64,000 nt of DNA from Eimeria praecox. Lineage: Eukaryota. The notes beneath the pieces are model-generated. The model had not been told where the DNA came from and made no database searches. It saw only the letters and a list, made by a program, of their open reading frames with translations. The position numbers and the translations under genes were made by a program. Positions 1-13,300 of the stretch are shown in pieces (within the stretch, counting starts at the first letter, position 1; the number at the start of each line of letters is the position of its first letter). The stretch spans positions 2,480,001-2,544,000 of the forward strand of contig OY986948.1 in assembly GCA_963920595.1 (NCBI GenBank), in the 5' to 3' direction.

Positions 1-2555
1 AATTCCGTCTTCCCAATTCACTTCAAATTCCATCCTAATGGACTAACAACTCAAGCTGAAGCGGTACGATCCTCCGTCTGATAGTAATGCAGCCACTAGC
101 TGGTTTATATAGCCGAGTTCCTCAGTACACCAATGCACTGAGGCGATATCAGCGTTACTTCGAGGCGCCACAAGCACCTTCAACTGTTTTCATATGATGC
201 TGCAAAACAACATACCTCCTGAAGGGCCGAGCAGAATTACCATGATGACCGTTGCACAGACTCTTGCAGATGAGGCGAACAGATCCCTGCTCAGTCAGCC
301 GCTCAGCATCACTGCAATATCACCGCACCTATCAGAACTGAATCGTCACCTCAACTTCTGCAAGCAGAGCATCTGCACTAAAAGGACGCTGTTAAAACAT
401 CGCACTGCGACCCTTCACCGGCAGAGCAGCGTACCTTCAACTTAGTGGTGAGCGATCAACGGCATTGTCGATGGTTTGAAACCCCCTCTCTGCTGCTGCC
501 ATATATGCGCAGGGGCGCTAGATCAGCATTAGCGGCGCCTGCAGCCCAATATATTATACCTTTCTACTCAACTGGCGCAGCTGAGGCGGCCATGCAGGCG
601 CGCTACTAGGATTCCGCCCTTAGTGCTGTCAGTGCTGTCTTTTGTTCTAGTGATCCAGCGTACCTCCTGTCCTTCATCCCCTTACGCACGATAGCGAACG
701 GTAGAGCGATCCTGCGGTTCGTGGGACGGGTAGCAGCAACACTGAGAGGGGCACTGTAAATATGTCTCGGGCCCGCAAAACCGCTGCCTGCAGAAGGTCC
801 AGCCCCCCAAGAAAGCATCGCTAACACACGCCAGCGGCACGTCGGACATGCACAACGGGCAACGGCAAGCCCCCGTAGCCTTGCAGAGTTTCTAAAGGTC
901 GCACAAATTCTCACAGTACACACGGACGTGGCACCCAAGGACTAGTGGGCAGCCCACACGCTGCCCATTCCTGTCCGCTGGTTGCTTTGCAAGACGAAAG
1001 GCATGTCCTTGTCCTGTGATGCGTCAAGCAGAGAAGCTGAACGAGCATTTAGCAAAGACCGCACAAATCAAACAGATGCCCTACACCTCAGCTGAGACAC
1101 ACTGGAAACCGAGCTCTCAATTCCCAGGAATCCTTTGGCCAAATCGCTAACGCGTACAAAGCTTAGCAGCAGGGCCTGACGTTCCGTGGAATGCCTTTGA
1201 CTTGTGCATTGTCCAAACGTGCCACGTAATCATCTTAGATCAATTACGCGGGAAACCTTGCATTGGGGCTTTTGACCGTCACCAGCAAATATGTGATGAG
1301 CAATGCCAGAAGGGGGAGCGCGCCTACTACCACAAAAAGCTAAATGCCAGACAAACAATCAAAGGAATTGAGTAGCTCGCAACCTCAAGAGCAGTGTGTA
1401 TCTTCCTCATCCTGATATCAACCGGCGTGCAAGTTGTATGTTGCCCCCTACCAATCCTCTCAATATAGTCCTACGGCAGCCGCTGTTGTTGTTTACCAAA
1501 ACTCAGCATGGCGATGACGCACATTCTAAAACCTCATTGGACTAAGAAAGCCGCATTCAGTAGCTGACGCGTATTGAAAGCGAACAGGTGCGAAAAAAGA
1601 CACACCTCCTTGCGTCCAGCCGACTTCGGCCACATGCCTCATCCCAAGCACAAGGCCAACGTAAACCAACGGAAACAGCGGGGAGCATGCTATCGCTAGT
1701 CTACACCCCAAATACGCTTTGTTCTGCTTCCCCACAAACTAGCACTGATTTGATCAAATGGCTCACCAAGCAATACGCTAGAAGCAAGCTAAATCGCAAA
1801 ACGTACAACTGTTCCATACCGCCTACAGTGGTCCCTCCCTAACCCTGGAAAATGCGGGGGCACTCGTCCTGCACAAACAAGTAAATTAGCTTGCATGTAA
1901 GAAGCCTCAAATCGGGGGATTCCGCTTGCTCTCGACACTGACGCTACAAGGAAAAGCGCTTCTCCACTTCGATAACTGAACCGATGCTCTCGCACCAAAC
2001 TAAGAGCTCATGAACTGTCTCACTGAACTAGCTGACAACTAAGCACGGTGGGATCGAAAACATGGCCAGCAGCTTCCGGTTTGCTGTTTCAAACGGTTTC
2101 CGCCCTGCAACTAACAGTCAACCAAAGACGGCGGAGGGCAGCAACGTGCAGGAGCTATTCAGCGCCTACTAATCAGTAGGTGATCGTTGCATCTTGCGCA
2201 TAGCGGCACCTAAATAAGTCCTCAAGCGAAATGGTACAAAATCACTGATTGTTCCAGTTACGGCTTAATCTAAGTGCTTGCTTGTCGCATACGTACGTGC
2301 AACCAGCCTTCAAGCTACACGTTTCCCTTCAACAACCAAACGTTCTCGCACCTCCTGCATCAGGGCATAGTTCCTACGATAATGACCGTGCTTCACAAGC
2401 GCTTGCTTGTTCGTCTGATGCCCTCCGGTGCTTCTACCGGTCATCATCACCTCTCACACAAACATAAAATAAGCAACTTGGCATACTAGCCTGCGTCTGC
2501 TCGCTTTACGGCCACACACATGTATCGGAACGGCTTCATGGGATCGCACCGCCAA

Positions 2556-2648
2556 CACACCAGGGTAAACAAACTGAAATCACGCAGTTCGGTGTCACTT
2601 TCTGAGCACCTCAGGTCCACAACACCATGCCCGACAGAGCCTTAGCAC
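2556..2648. repeat. Internal ~92-bp direct repeat of the 5.2-kb unit, copy 1
   Basis: cacaccagggtaaacaaactga...gccttagcac matches 3267-3358 with a few mismatches; present in each long unit. Confidence 0.95.
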
Positions 2649-3266
2649 TGGCTGTGAACAGGCAGGCATTAGCGGTAGGGGTGTTGCACAGGCAAACTCT
2701 ACAAAATGAGGCACGCCCAGATTCTGCCTCCCATTCTGCCCTGCGGCACTACACAGGTGACAAACTACAAGGTCATCAACCAACAACGCTAAAGCCACCC
2801 TGAGCTCCGACTCTGAAAATATCTGCTGCCAAAGTTGGACAAGCCACACCCTTGTTGCGGCCGCGGAGCGAGATCACAATTTGCTGGCTCTGCAATGCAT
2901 CTCGCCCTTGGAAAATCGCAAGTGACCTATTTGTCAACAGCTGAGGGAACAACCGCCCTTTACACTTAACAAGTCCGCAAGTGCCCGACTGAGGAGTTTT
3001 GTATGCGTAACACGCATGCGACCCTTTGAGATTTGGCCGGGCACCTGCGGAGACTTGACTCACAAGCTGCGTCCAGTGCCTCCAAGTAACATCTGACCCG
3101 AAATTAAGCTGTTTACCATCTCGTCTGAGCCACTAAATTCGCAGGCCCAGCCGTCGCTATGAGGAAATCCTGCTGCATGGATCCGCACTAATTATGCTTC
3201 GCTTTGGGCGATTCACAACACTTGCGCACCTGCCCTACCAACGCGCGTGTATCAACGCCCGCCCGG

Positions 3267-3358
3267 CACACCAGGGTAAACAAACTGAATCACGCAGTTC
3301 GGTGTCACGTTCTGAGCACCTCAGCTCCGCAATACCATGCCCGACAAAGCCTTAGTAC
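3267..3358. repeat. Internal ~92-bp direct repeat of the 5.2-kb unit, copy 2 (absent in unit 4)
   Basis: Direct match to 2556-2648; missing at ~18872. Confidence 0.95.
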
Positions 3359-5075
3359 AAGCTGGTTCATCAAGCCACAGGCACACACACGCACATGTAT
3401 GTCAAGCAAAGCTCACACGCCAATTGGTGCAACTGCAGGAAATAGACCTGGCTTGACAGGCACCAAAACGCTGCCGCATATAAGCAGGAAATCCCGTTAT
3501 GCACAGGTAGGTATATCATGTGTAGCCAAGCTCGCTTCGCCAATGTTTGCGATCCCCCTTTCGCATAGATGCCTGTGAATGAGCTGGTCAGAAATCGAAG
3601 GGTCAAGCTGAAATTTAGGCTTGCCTTCAGGAACTATCTACTCTGAACTAGGACCGCAGCCCTCACCTCACCACAATGCAGGTTATAGAGGCTGCCCAAA
3701 CACTGTGGTGACCAGAACTGCATGCTGCAGATGCAATGCCTGATCTTCATGCTTTCACATTGCTTTAGGCTCTGCCTGCATTCTTGAATCCTTTTGGAAC
3801 GATGGCAAATCCGCGACTCCCCGGCTACGTAATGCACGTCACCCGCTCCAGACACCAACTTACTTTCTACAGTAACACAGCATTCGTGTAGGGGCATGCT
3901 CTATCATGTGCTTTGACGTGCGCACAGCCAGTTATTCTGCCAGCGAACCATTGGCATTACGCTCAGCAGATAAAATCTACACCCATATCTCATGTACTCT
4001 CCATCCAACTCGTCGAAGACGCCTTCGGCAAACCATCACGAAACGCTTTAACACTTGTGAGCGTACAGGCACTTCAACGTATAACTAAGCATGTAACTAA
4101 GCATCGTCCAGTCAGAGATGCATGCAAACTAGGGGTACGTAGAAAAGAAAACCCATTGTGACAGGCTATGCCCTGCCAGATTTTCGTTAGACCCTAACTC
4201 CTGCACAGCTGCGCCGCAAAGCCTATCAGGCGGCATGCTGAGGTTCTCTACAAATCCTTGTGCCTTCATCGCTGGCACACCAACTCACCATCCGCCAAAA
4301 TAATTCAGGGCAGTCTTGCAGAGACCAGCTGCAACTCCCAGCTTTACCATCCATCGCAGTTTGCAACTCACACAGCCAACCAACCAACCAACGGGGTAAA
4401 CGCAAGCACAAATTGCGCCTGCTTGAGCCCTGCAATGCCGTCAGAGCACGCGTCCACACACTCGCTGTAAGGTCAGTCCAAGCTATGCGTCATGAAAGCT
4501 ATCGCCAGGTTGTTGGTTCGTCCTCAGTGCCGCATGTTTATATCCGTTCGCACAAGAGCGACAAACGGTATTGAGCTGAGTATGAACTAGTGGACTGTAC
4601 GACCCAAAGCGTCATATCCTCCACTTCCACTGCTAGTCGTGCACAAGGCCTTCTTAGTGGCGGGAGCTGCTATGGCCGAACGCCTGCCAATAATGGAGGT
4701 AGAAATGAGTTTACACAATTGGAACGTGCCCAGCGTCCCGCGCAAGCCATTATTCATAGTGGAAGGCACGAACAAACAATGCTTGCGACCAAGTCACAGT
4801 GTCGCCTCCAGGGCCCTTCACAAGTCAAAAGTGAAGGGCACTAGTAAGCGGATTCGTGCTTCGTAGACTACCAAGGGCCGCCTTGCTGTAAAGCACCGTA
4901 GTGAGCGACTTCCACTGTAAGTTGCCGACCCAGAAGGGCAAGCAGACAAGGAGCTGAGAAGACCCTTTGAGAAAGCAGTGAGCCGTTCCGCGCAGAGCAA
5001 CGCCACTGCTGTGGACAGGCCAGCAGATGCAGCATGCGCAGCTTAAAAAGGAGCCTTGTACCGTTGCCAAGGGTG

Positions 5076-5213
5076 TTAGTAGGATGCGCGGCAAGATTGA
5101 AGGACACGCCCATCGAAGTCCAAAACCTTCTCCGCGCGATTCCGATTCTTCACGCCAGTTTCGAGCCCGGCCATCTCGTAAATTCCGTCTTCCCAATTCA
5201 CTTCAAATTCCAT
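5076..5213 (-). pseudogene. Candidate terminal exon or short ORF of an unidentified, probably degenerate multi-exon gene in the 5.2-kb unit (MEFEVNWEDGIYEMAGLETGVKNRNRAEKVLDFDGRVLQSCRASY*)
   Basis: Hand translation gives 45 codons of protein-like composition, preceded by an acceptor-like ...gttgttagtccattag and open in the copies I checked. No homology recognised. Confidence 0.25.
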
Positions 5214-8200
5214 CCTAATGGACTAACAACTCAAGCTGAAGCGGTACGCTCCTCCGTCTGATAGTAATGCAGCCACTAGCTGGTTTATATAGCCGAGTTC
5301 CTCAGTACACCAATGCACTGAGGCGATATCAGCGTTACTTCGAGGCGCCACAAGCACCTTCAACTGTTTTCATATGATGTTGCAAAACAACATACCTTCT
5401 GAGGGGCCGAGCAGAATTACCATGGTGACCGTTGCACAGACTCTTGCAGATGAGGCAAACAGATCCCTGCTCAGTCAGCCGCTCAGCATCACTGCAATAT
5501 CACCGCACCTATCAGAACTGAATCGTCACCTCAACTTCTGCAAGCAGAGCATCTGCACTAAAAGGACGCTGTTAGAACATCGCACTGCGACCCTTCACCG
5601 GCAGAGCAGCGTACCTTCAACTTAGTGGTGAGCGATCAACGGCATTGTCGATGGTTTGAAACCCCCCTCTCTGCTGCTGCCATATATGCGCAGGGGCGCT
5701 AGATCAACATTAGTGGCGCCTGCAGCCCAATGTATTATACCTTTCTACTCGACTGGCGCAGCTGAGGCGGCCATGCAGGCGCGCTACTAGGATTCCGCCC
5801 TTAGTGCTGTCAGTGCTGTCTTTTGTTCTACTGATCCAGCGTACCTCCTGTCCTTCATCCCCTTACGCACGATAGCGAACGGTAGAGCGATCCTGCGGAT
5901 CGTGGGACGGGTAGCAGCAACACTGAGATGGGCGCTGTTTATATGTGTCGGGCCCGCAACACTGCTGCCTGCAGAAGGTCCAGCCCCCAAGAAAGCATCG
6001 CTAACACATGCCAGCGGCACGTCGGACACGCACAACGGGCAACGGCAAGCCCCCCTAGCCTTGCAGAGTTTCTAAAGGTCGCACAAATTCTCACAGTACA
6101 CACGGACGTGGCACCCAAGGACTAGTGGGCAGCCCACACGCTGCCCATTCCTGTCCGCTGGTTGCTTTGCAAGACGAAAGGCATGTCCTTGTCCTGTGAT
6201 GCGTCAACCAGAGAAGCTGAACGACCATTTAGCAAAGACCGCACAAATCAAACAGATGCCCTACACCTCAGCTGAGACACACTGGAAACCGAGCTCTCAA
6301 TTCCCAGGAATCCTTTGGCCAAATCGCTAACGCGTACAAAGCTTAACAGCAGGGCCTGACGTTCCGTGGAATGCCTTTGAGTTGTGCATTGTCCAAACGT
6401 GCCACGTAATCATCTTAGATCAATTACGCGGGAAACCTTGCATTGGGGCTTTTGACCGTCACCAGCAAATATGTGATGAGCAAAGCCAGAAGGGGGAGCG
6501 CGCCTACTACCACAAAAAGCTAAATGCCAGACAAACAATCAAAGGAATTGGGCATCCAGCAACCTCAAGAACAGTGTGTATCTTCCTCATCCTGATATCA
6601 ACCGGCGTGCAAGTTGTATGTTGCCCCCTACCAATCCTCCCAAAATAGTCCTACGGCAGCCGCTGTTGTTGTTTACCAAAACTCAGCATGGCCATGACGC
6701 ACATTCTAAAACCTCATTGGACTAAGAAAGCCGCATTCAGTAGCTGACGCGTATTGAAAGCGAACAGGTGCGAAAAAAGACACACCTCCTTGCGTCCCGC
6801 CGACTTCGGCCACATGCCTCATCCCAAGCACAGGGCCAACGTAAACCAACGGAAACAGCGGGGAGCATGCTATCGCTAGTCTAAACCCAAATATGCTTGT
6901 CCTGCTTCCCTACAAACTATTCCCTACAAACTAGCACTGAGTCGCTCAAATGGCTCACCAAGCAATACGCTAGAAGCAAGCTAAATCGCAAAACGTACAA
7001 CTGTTCCATACCGCCTACAGTGGTCCCTCCCTAACCCTGAAAAATGCGGGAGCACTCGTCCTGCACAAACAAGTAAATTAGCTTGCATGTAAGAAGCCTC
7101 AAATCGGGGGATTCCGCTTGCTCTCGACACTGACGCTACAAGGAAAAGCACTTCTCCACTTCGATAACTGAACCGATGCTCTCGCACCAAACTAAGAGCT
7201 CATGAACTGTCTCACTGAACTAGCTGACAACTAAGCACGGTGGGATCGAAAACATGGCCAGCAGCTTCCGGTTTGCTGTTTCAAACGGTTTCCGCCCTGC
7301 AACTAACAGTCAACCAAAGACGGCGGAGGGCAGCAACGTGCAACAGCTATTCAGCGCCTACTAATCAGTAGGTGCTCGTTGCATCTTGCGCATAGCGGCA
7401 CCTAAACACGTCCTCAAGCGAAATGGTACAAAATCACTGATTGTGGCAGTTACGGCTTAATCTAAGTGCTTGCTTGCCGCATACGTACGTGCGACCAGCC
7501 TTCAACCTACACGTTTCCGTTAAACAACCAAACGTTCTCGCACCTCCTGCATCACGGCATAGTTCCTACGATAATGACCGTGCCTCACACACAAGCTTCA
7601 CAAGCGCTTGCTTGTTCGTCTGATGCCCTCCGGTGCTTCTCCCGGTCATCATCACCTCTCACACAAACGTAAAATAAGCAACTTGGCATACTAGCCTGCG
7701 TCTGCTCGCTTTACGGCCACACACATGTATCGGAACGGCTTCATGGCATCGCACCGCCAACACACCAGGGTAAACAAACTGAAATCACGCAGTTCGGTGT
7801 CACTTTCTGAGCACCTCAGCTCCACAATACCATGCCCGACAGAGCCGTAGCACTGGCTGTGAACAGGCAGGCATTAGCGGTAGGGGTGTTGCACAGACAA
7901 ACTCTACAAAATGAGGCACGCCCAGATTCTGCCTCCGATTCTGCCCTGCGGCATTGTACAGGTGACAAACTACAAGGTCATCAACCAACAACGCTAAAGC
8001 CACCCTGAGCTCCGACTCTGAAAATATCTGCTGCCAAAGTTGGACAAGCCACACCCTTGTTGCGGCCGCCGAGCGAGATCACAATTTGCTGGCTCTGCAA
8101 TGCATCTCGCTCTTGGAAAATCGCAAGTGACCTATTTGTCAACAGCTGAGGGAACAACCGCCCTTTACACTTAACAAGTCCGCAAGTGCGCGACTGAGGA

Positions 8201-10399
8201 ATACTGTATGCCTAACACGCATGCGACCCTTTGAGATTTGGCCGGGCGCCTGCGGAGACTTGACTCACAAGCTGCGTCCAGTGCCTCCAAGTAACATCTG
8301 ACCCCAAATTAAGCTGTTTACCATCTCGTCTGAGCCACTAAATTCGCAGGCCCAGCCGTTGCTATGAGGAAATCCTGCTGCATGGATCCGCACTAATTAT
8401 GCTTCGCCTTGGACGATTCACAACACTTGCGCACCTGCCCTACCAACGCGCGTATATCAACGCCCGCCCGGCACACCAGGGTAAACAAACTGAATCACGC
8501 AGTTCCGTGTCACGTTCTGAGCACCTCAGCTCCGCAATACCATGCCCGACAAAGCCTTAGTACAAGCTGGTTCATCAAGCCACAGGCGCACACACGCACA
8601 TGTATGTCAAGCAAAGCTCACACGCCAATTGGTGCAACTGCAGGAAATAGACCTGGCTTGACAGGCACCAAAACGCTGCCGCATATAAGCAGGAAATCCC
8701 GTTATGCACAGGTAGGTATATCATGCGTAGCCAAGCTCGCTTCGCCAATGTTTGCGATCCCCCTTTCGCATAGATGCCTGTGAATGAGCTGATCAGAAAT
8801 CGAAGGGTCAAGCTGAAATTTAGGCTTGCCTTCAGGAAATCTCTACTCTGAACTAGGACCGCAGCCCTCACCTCACCACAATGCAGGTTATAGAGGCTGC
8901 CCAAACACTGTGGTGACCAGAACTGCATGCTGCAGATGCAATGCCTGATCTTCATGCTTTCACATTGCTTTAGGCTCTGCCTGCATTCTTGAATCCTTTT
9001 GGAACGATGGCAAATCCGCGACTCCCCGGCTACGTAATGCACGTCACCCGCTCCAGACACCAACTTACTTTCTACAGTAACACAGCATTCGTGTAGGGGC
9101 ATGCTCTATCATGTGCTTTGACGTGCGCCCAACCAGTTATTCTTCCAGCGAACCGTTGGCGTTACGCTCAGCAGATGAAATCTACACTCATATCTCATGT
9201 ACTCTCCATCCAACTCGTCGAAGACGCCTTCGGCAAACCATCACGAAACGCTTTAACACTTGTGAGCGTACAGGCACTTCAACGTATATCTAGGCATATA
9301 ACTAAGCATCGTCCAGTCAGATATGCATGCAAAATAAGGGTACGTAGCAGCGCTCGGAAGAAAAGAAAACCCATTGTGACAGGCTATGCCCTGCCAGATT
9401 TTCGTTAGACCCTAACTCCTGCAAAGCTGCGCCGCAAAGCCTATCAGGCGGCATGCTGAGATTCTCTACAAATCCTTGTGCCTTCATCGCTGGCACACCA
9501 ACTCACCATCCGCCAAAATAATGCAGGGCAGTCTTACAGAGATCGGCTGCAACTCCCAGCTTTACCATGCATCGCAGTTTGCAACTCACACAGCCAACCA
9601 ACCAACCAACGGGGTAAACGCAAGCACAAATTGCGCCTGCTTGAGCCCTGCAATGCCGTCAGAGCATGCGTCCACACACTCGCTGTAAGGTCAGTCCAAG
9701 CTATGCGTCATGAAAGCTATCGCCAGGTTGTTGGTTCGTCCTCAATGCCGCATGTTTATATCCGTTCGCACAAGAGCGACAAACGGTATTGAGCTGAGCA
9801 TGAACTAGCGGACTGTACGACCCAAAGCGTCATATCCTCCACCTCCACTGCTAGTCGTGCACAAGGCCTTCTTAGTGGCGGGATCTGCTATGGCCGAACG
9901 CCTGCCAATAATGGAGGTAGAAATGAGTTTACACAATTGGAACGTGCCCAGCGTCCCGCGCAAGCCATTATTCATAGTGGAAGGCACGAACAAACAATGC
10001 TTGCGACCAAGTCACAGTGTCGCCTCCAGGGCCCTTCACAAGTCAAAAGTGAAGGGCACTAGTAAGCGGATTCGTGCTTCCTAGAACTACCAAGGGCCGC
10101 CTTGCTGTGAAGCATCGTAGTGAGCGACTTCCACTGTAAGTTGTCGACCCAGAAGAGCAAGCAGACAAGGAGCTGAGAAGAGCCTTTGAGAAAGCAGTGA
10201 GCAGTTCGGCGCAGAGCAACGCCAATGCTGTGGACAGGCCAGCAGATGCAGCATGCGCAGCTTAAAAAGGAGCCTTGTACCGTTGCCACAGGTGTTAGTA
10301 GGATGCTCGGCAAGATTGAAGGACACGCCCATCGAAGTCCAAAACCTTCTCCGCGCGATTCCGATTCTTCACGCCAGTTTCGGGCCCGGCCATCTCGTA
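5181..10399. repeat. 5.2-kb unit 2 (5219 bp)
   Basis: Anchors 5374 to 10593. Has a short tandem duplication at ~6907-6933 (ttccctacaaacta x2) and an insertion at ~7583-7600. Confidence 0.97.
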
Positions 10400-13300
10400 A
10401 ATTCCGTCTTCCCAATTCACTTCAAATTCCATCCTAATGGACTAACAACTCAAGCTGAAGCGGTACGATCCTCCGTCTGATACTAATGCAGCCACTAGCT
10501 GGTTTATATAGCCGAGTTCCTCAGTACACCAATGCACTGAGGCGATATCAGCGTTACTTCGAGGCGCCACAAGCACCTTCAACTGTTTTCATATGATGCT
10601 GCAAAACAACATACCTCCTGAAGGGCCGAGCAGAATTACCATGATGACCGTTGCACAGACTCTTGCAGATGAGGCGAACAGATCCCTCCTCACTCAGCGG
10701 CTCAGCATCACTGCAGTATCACCGCACCTATCAGAACTGAATCGTCACCTCACTTCTGCAAGCAGAGCATCTGCACTAAAAGGACGCTGTTAGAACATCG
10801 CACTGCGACCCTTCACCGGCAGAGCAGCGTACCTTCAACTGAGTGGTGAGCGATCAACAACATCGTCGATGGTTTGTAACCCGCCTCTCTGCTGCTGCCA
10901 TATATGCGCAGGGGCGCTAGATCAACATTAGTGGCGCCTGCAGCCCAATGTATTATACCTTTCTACTCGACTGGCGCAGCTGAGGCGGCCATGCAGGCGC
11001 GCTACTAGGATTCCGCCCTTAGTGCTGTCAGTGCTGTCTTTTGTTCTACTGATCCAGCGTACCTCCTGTCCTTCATCCCCTTACGCACGATAGCGAACGG
11101 TAGAGCGATCCTGCGGATCGTGGGAAGGGTAGCAGCAACACTGAGATGGGCACTGTAAATATGTGTCGGGCCCGCAACACTGCTGCCTGCAGAAGGTCCA
11201 GCCCCCAAGCAAGCATCGCTAACACACGCCAGCGGCACGTCGGACATGCACAACGGGCAACGGCAAGCCCCCGTAGCCTTGCAGAGTTTCTAAAGGTCGC
11301 ACAAATTCTCACAGTACACACGGACGTGGCACCCAAGGACTAGTGGGCAGCCCACACCCTGCCCATTCCTGTCCGTTGCTTGCTTTGCAAGACGAAAGGC
11401 ATGTCCTTGTCCTGTGATGCGTCAACCAGAGAAGCTGAACGACCATTTAGCAAAGACCGCACAAATCAAACAGATGCCCTACACCTCAGCTGAGACACAC
11501 TGGAAACCGAGCTCTCAATTCCCAGGAATCCTTTGGCCAAATCGCTAACGCGTACAAAGCTTAACAGCAGGGCCTGACGTTCCGTGGAATGCCTTTGACT
11601 TGTGCATTGTCCAAACGTGCCACGTAATCATCTTAGATCAATTACGCGGGAAACCTTGCATTGGGGCTTTTGACCGTCACCAGCAAATATGTGATGAGCA
11701 AAGCCAGAAGGGGGAGCGCGCCTACTACCACAAAAAGCTAAATGCCAGACAAACAATCAAAGGAATTGAGCAGCTCGCAACCTCAAGAGCAGTGTGTATC
11801 TTCCTCATCCTGATATCAGCCGGCGTGCAAGTTGTATGTTGCCCCCTACCAATCCTCTCAATATAGTCCTACGGCAGCCGCTGTTGTTGTTTACCAAAAC
11901 TCAGCATGGCCATGACGCACATTCTAAAACCTCATTGGACTAAGAAAGCCGCATTCAGTAGCTGACGCGTATTGAAAGCGAACAGGTGCGAAAAAAGACA
12001 CACCTCCTTGCGTCCAGCCGACTTCGGCCGCATGCCTCATCCCAAGCACAAGGCCAACGTAAACCAACGGAAACAGCGGGGAGCATGCTATCGCTAGTCT
12101 ACACCCCAAATACGCTTTGTTCTGCTTCCCCACAAACTAGCACAGATTTGATCAAATGGCTCACCAAGCAATACGCTAGAAGCAAGCTAAATCGCAAAAC
12201 GTACAACTGTTCCATACCGCCTACAGTGGTCCCTCCCTAACCCTGGAAAATGCGGGGGCATTCGTCCCGCACAAACAAGTAAATTAGCTTGCATGTAAGA
12301 AGCCTCAAATCGGGGGATTCCGCTTGCTCTCGACACTGACGCTACAAGGAAAAGCACTTCTCCACTTCGATAACTGAACCGATGCTCTCGCACCAAACTA
12401 AGAGCTCATGAACTGTCTCACTGAACTAGCTGACAACTAAGCACGGTGGGATCGAAAACATGGCCAGCAGCTTCCGGTTTGCTGTTTCAAATGGTTTCCG
12501 CCCTGCAACTAACAGTCAACCAAAGACGGCGGAGGGCAGCAACGTGCAACAGCTATTCAGCGCCTACTAATCAGTAGGTGCTCGTTGCATCTTGCGCATA
12601 GCGGCACCTAAACACGTCCTCAAGCGAAATGGTACAAAATCACTGATTGTGGCAGTTACGGCTTAATCTAAGTGCTTGCTTGCCGCATACGTACGTGCGA
12701 CCAGCCTTCAACCTACACGTTTCCGTTAAACAACCAAACGTTCTCGCACCTCCTGCATCAGGGCATAGTTCCTACGATAATGACCGTGCTTCACAAGCGC
12801 TTGCTTGTTCGTCTGATGCCCTCCGGTGCTTCTCCCGGTCATCATCACCTCTCACACAAACGTAAAATAAGCAACTTGGCATACTAGCCTGCGTCTGCTC
12901 GCTTTACGGCCACACACATGTATAGGAACGGCTTCATGGTATCGCACCGCCAACACACCAGGGTAAACAAACTGAAATCACGCAGTTCGGTGTCACTTTC
13001 TGAGCACCTCAGCTCCACAATACCATGCCCGACAAAGCCGTAGCACTGGCTGTGAACAGGCAGGCATTAGCGGTAGGGGTGTTGCACAGACAAACTCTAC
13101 AAAATGAGGCACGCCCAGATTCTGCCTCCGATTCTGCCCTGCGGCATTGTACAGGTGACAAACTACAAGGCCATCAACCAACAACGCTAAAGCCACCCTG
13201 AGCTCCGACTCTGGAAATATCTGCTGCCAAAGTTGGACAAGCCACACCCTTGTTGCGGCCGCGGAGCGAGATCACAATTTGCTGGCTCTGCAATGCATCT

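Larger units (their letters stand above)
1..5180. repeat. 5.2-kb unit 1 (5180 bp; phase set by window start)
   Basis: Anchor-to-anchor distance 194 to 5374. Has a private 13-bp deletion at ~4140 (lacks agcagcgctcgga). Confidence 0.97.

Noticed and set aside
242..341. Box C (ATGATGA) ... box D (CTGA) pair suggesting a C/D snoRNA in segment A; a similar pair at ~1293-1416
   Set aside because: There is no convincing terminal stem and no guide complementarity that I can identify. The segment-A box C is mutated to ATGGTGA in units 2 and 4.
330..350. Minus-strand GDDSVLI resembling viral RdRp motif C
   Set aside because: It is immediately preceded by TGA and followed by a stop within a few codons, with no motifs A or B in frame.
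2047..2104. Minus-strand KQQTGSCWPCF resembling the papain-family QxxCGSCW motif
   Set aside because: It is a short partial match with no supporting flanking sequence; likely chance.
4186..4198. ttagaccctaac as a telomere-like motif
   Set aside because: It is a single CCCTAA per unit, not a tandem telomeric tract.
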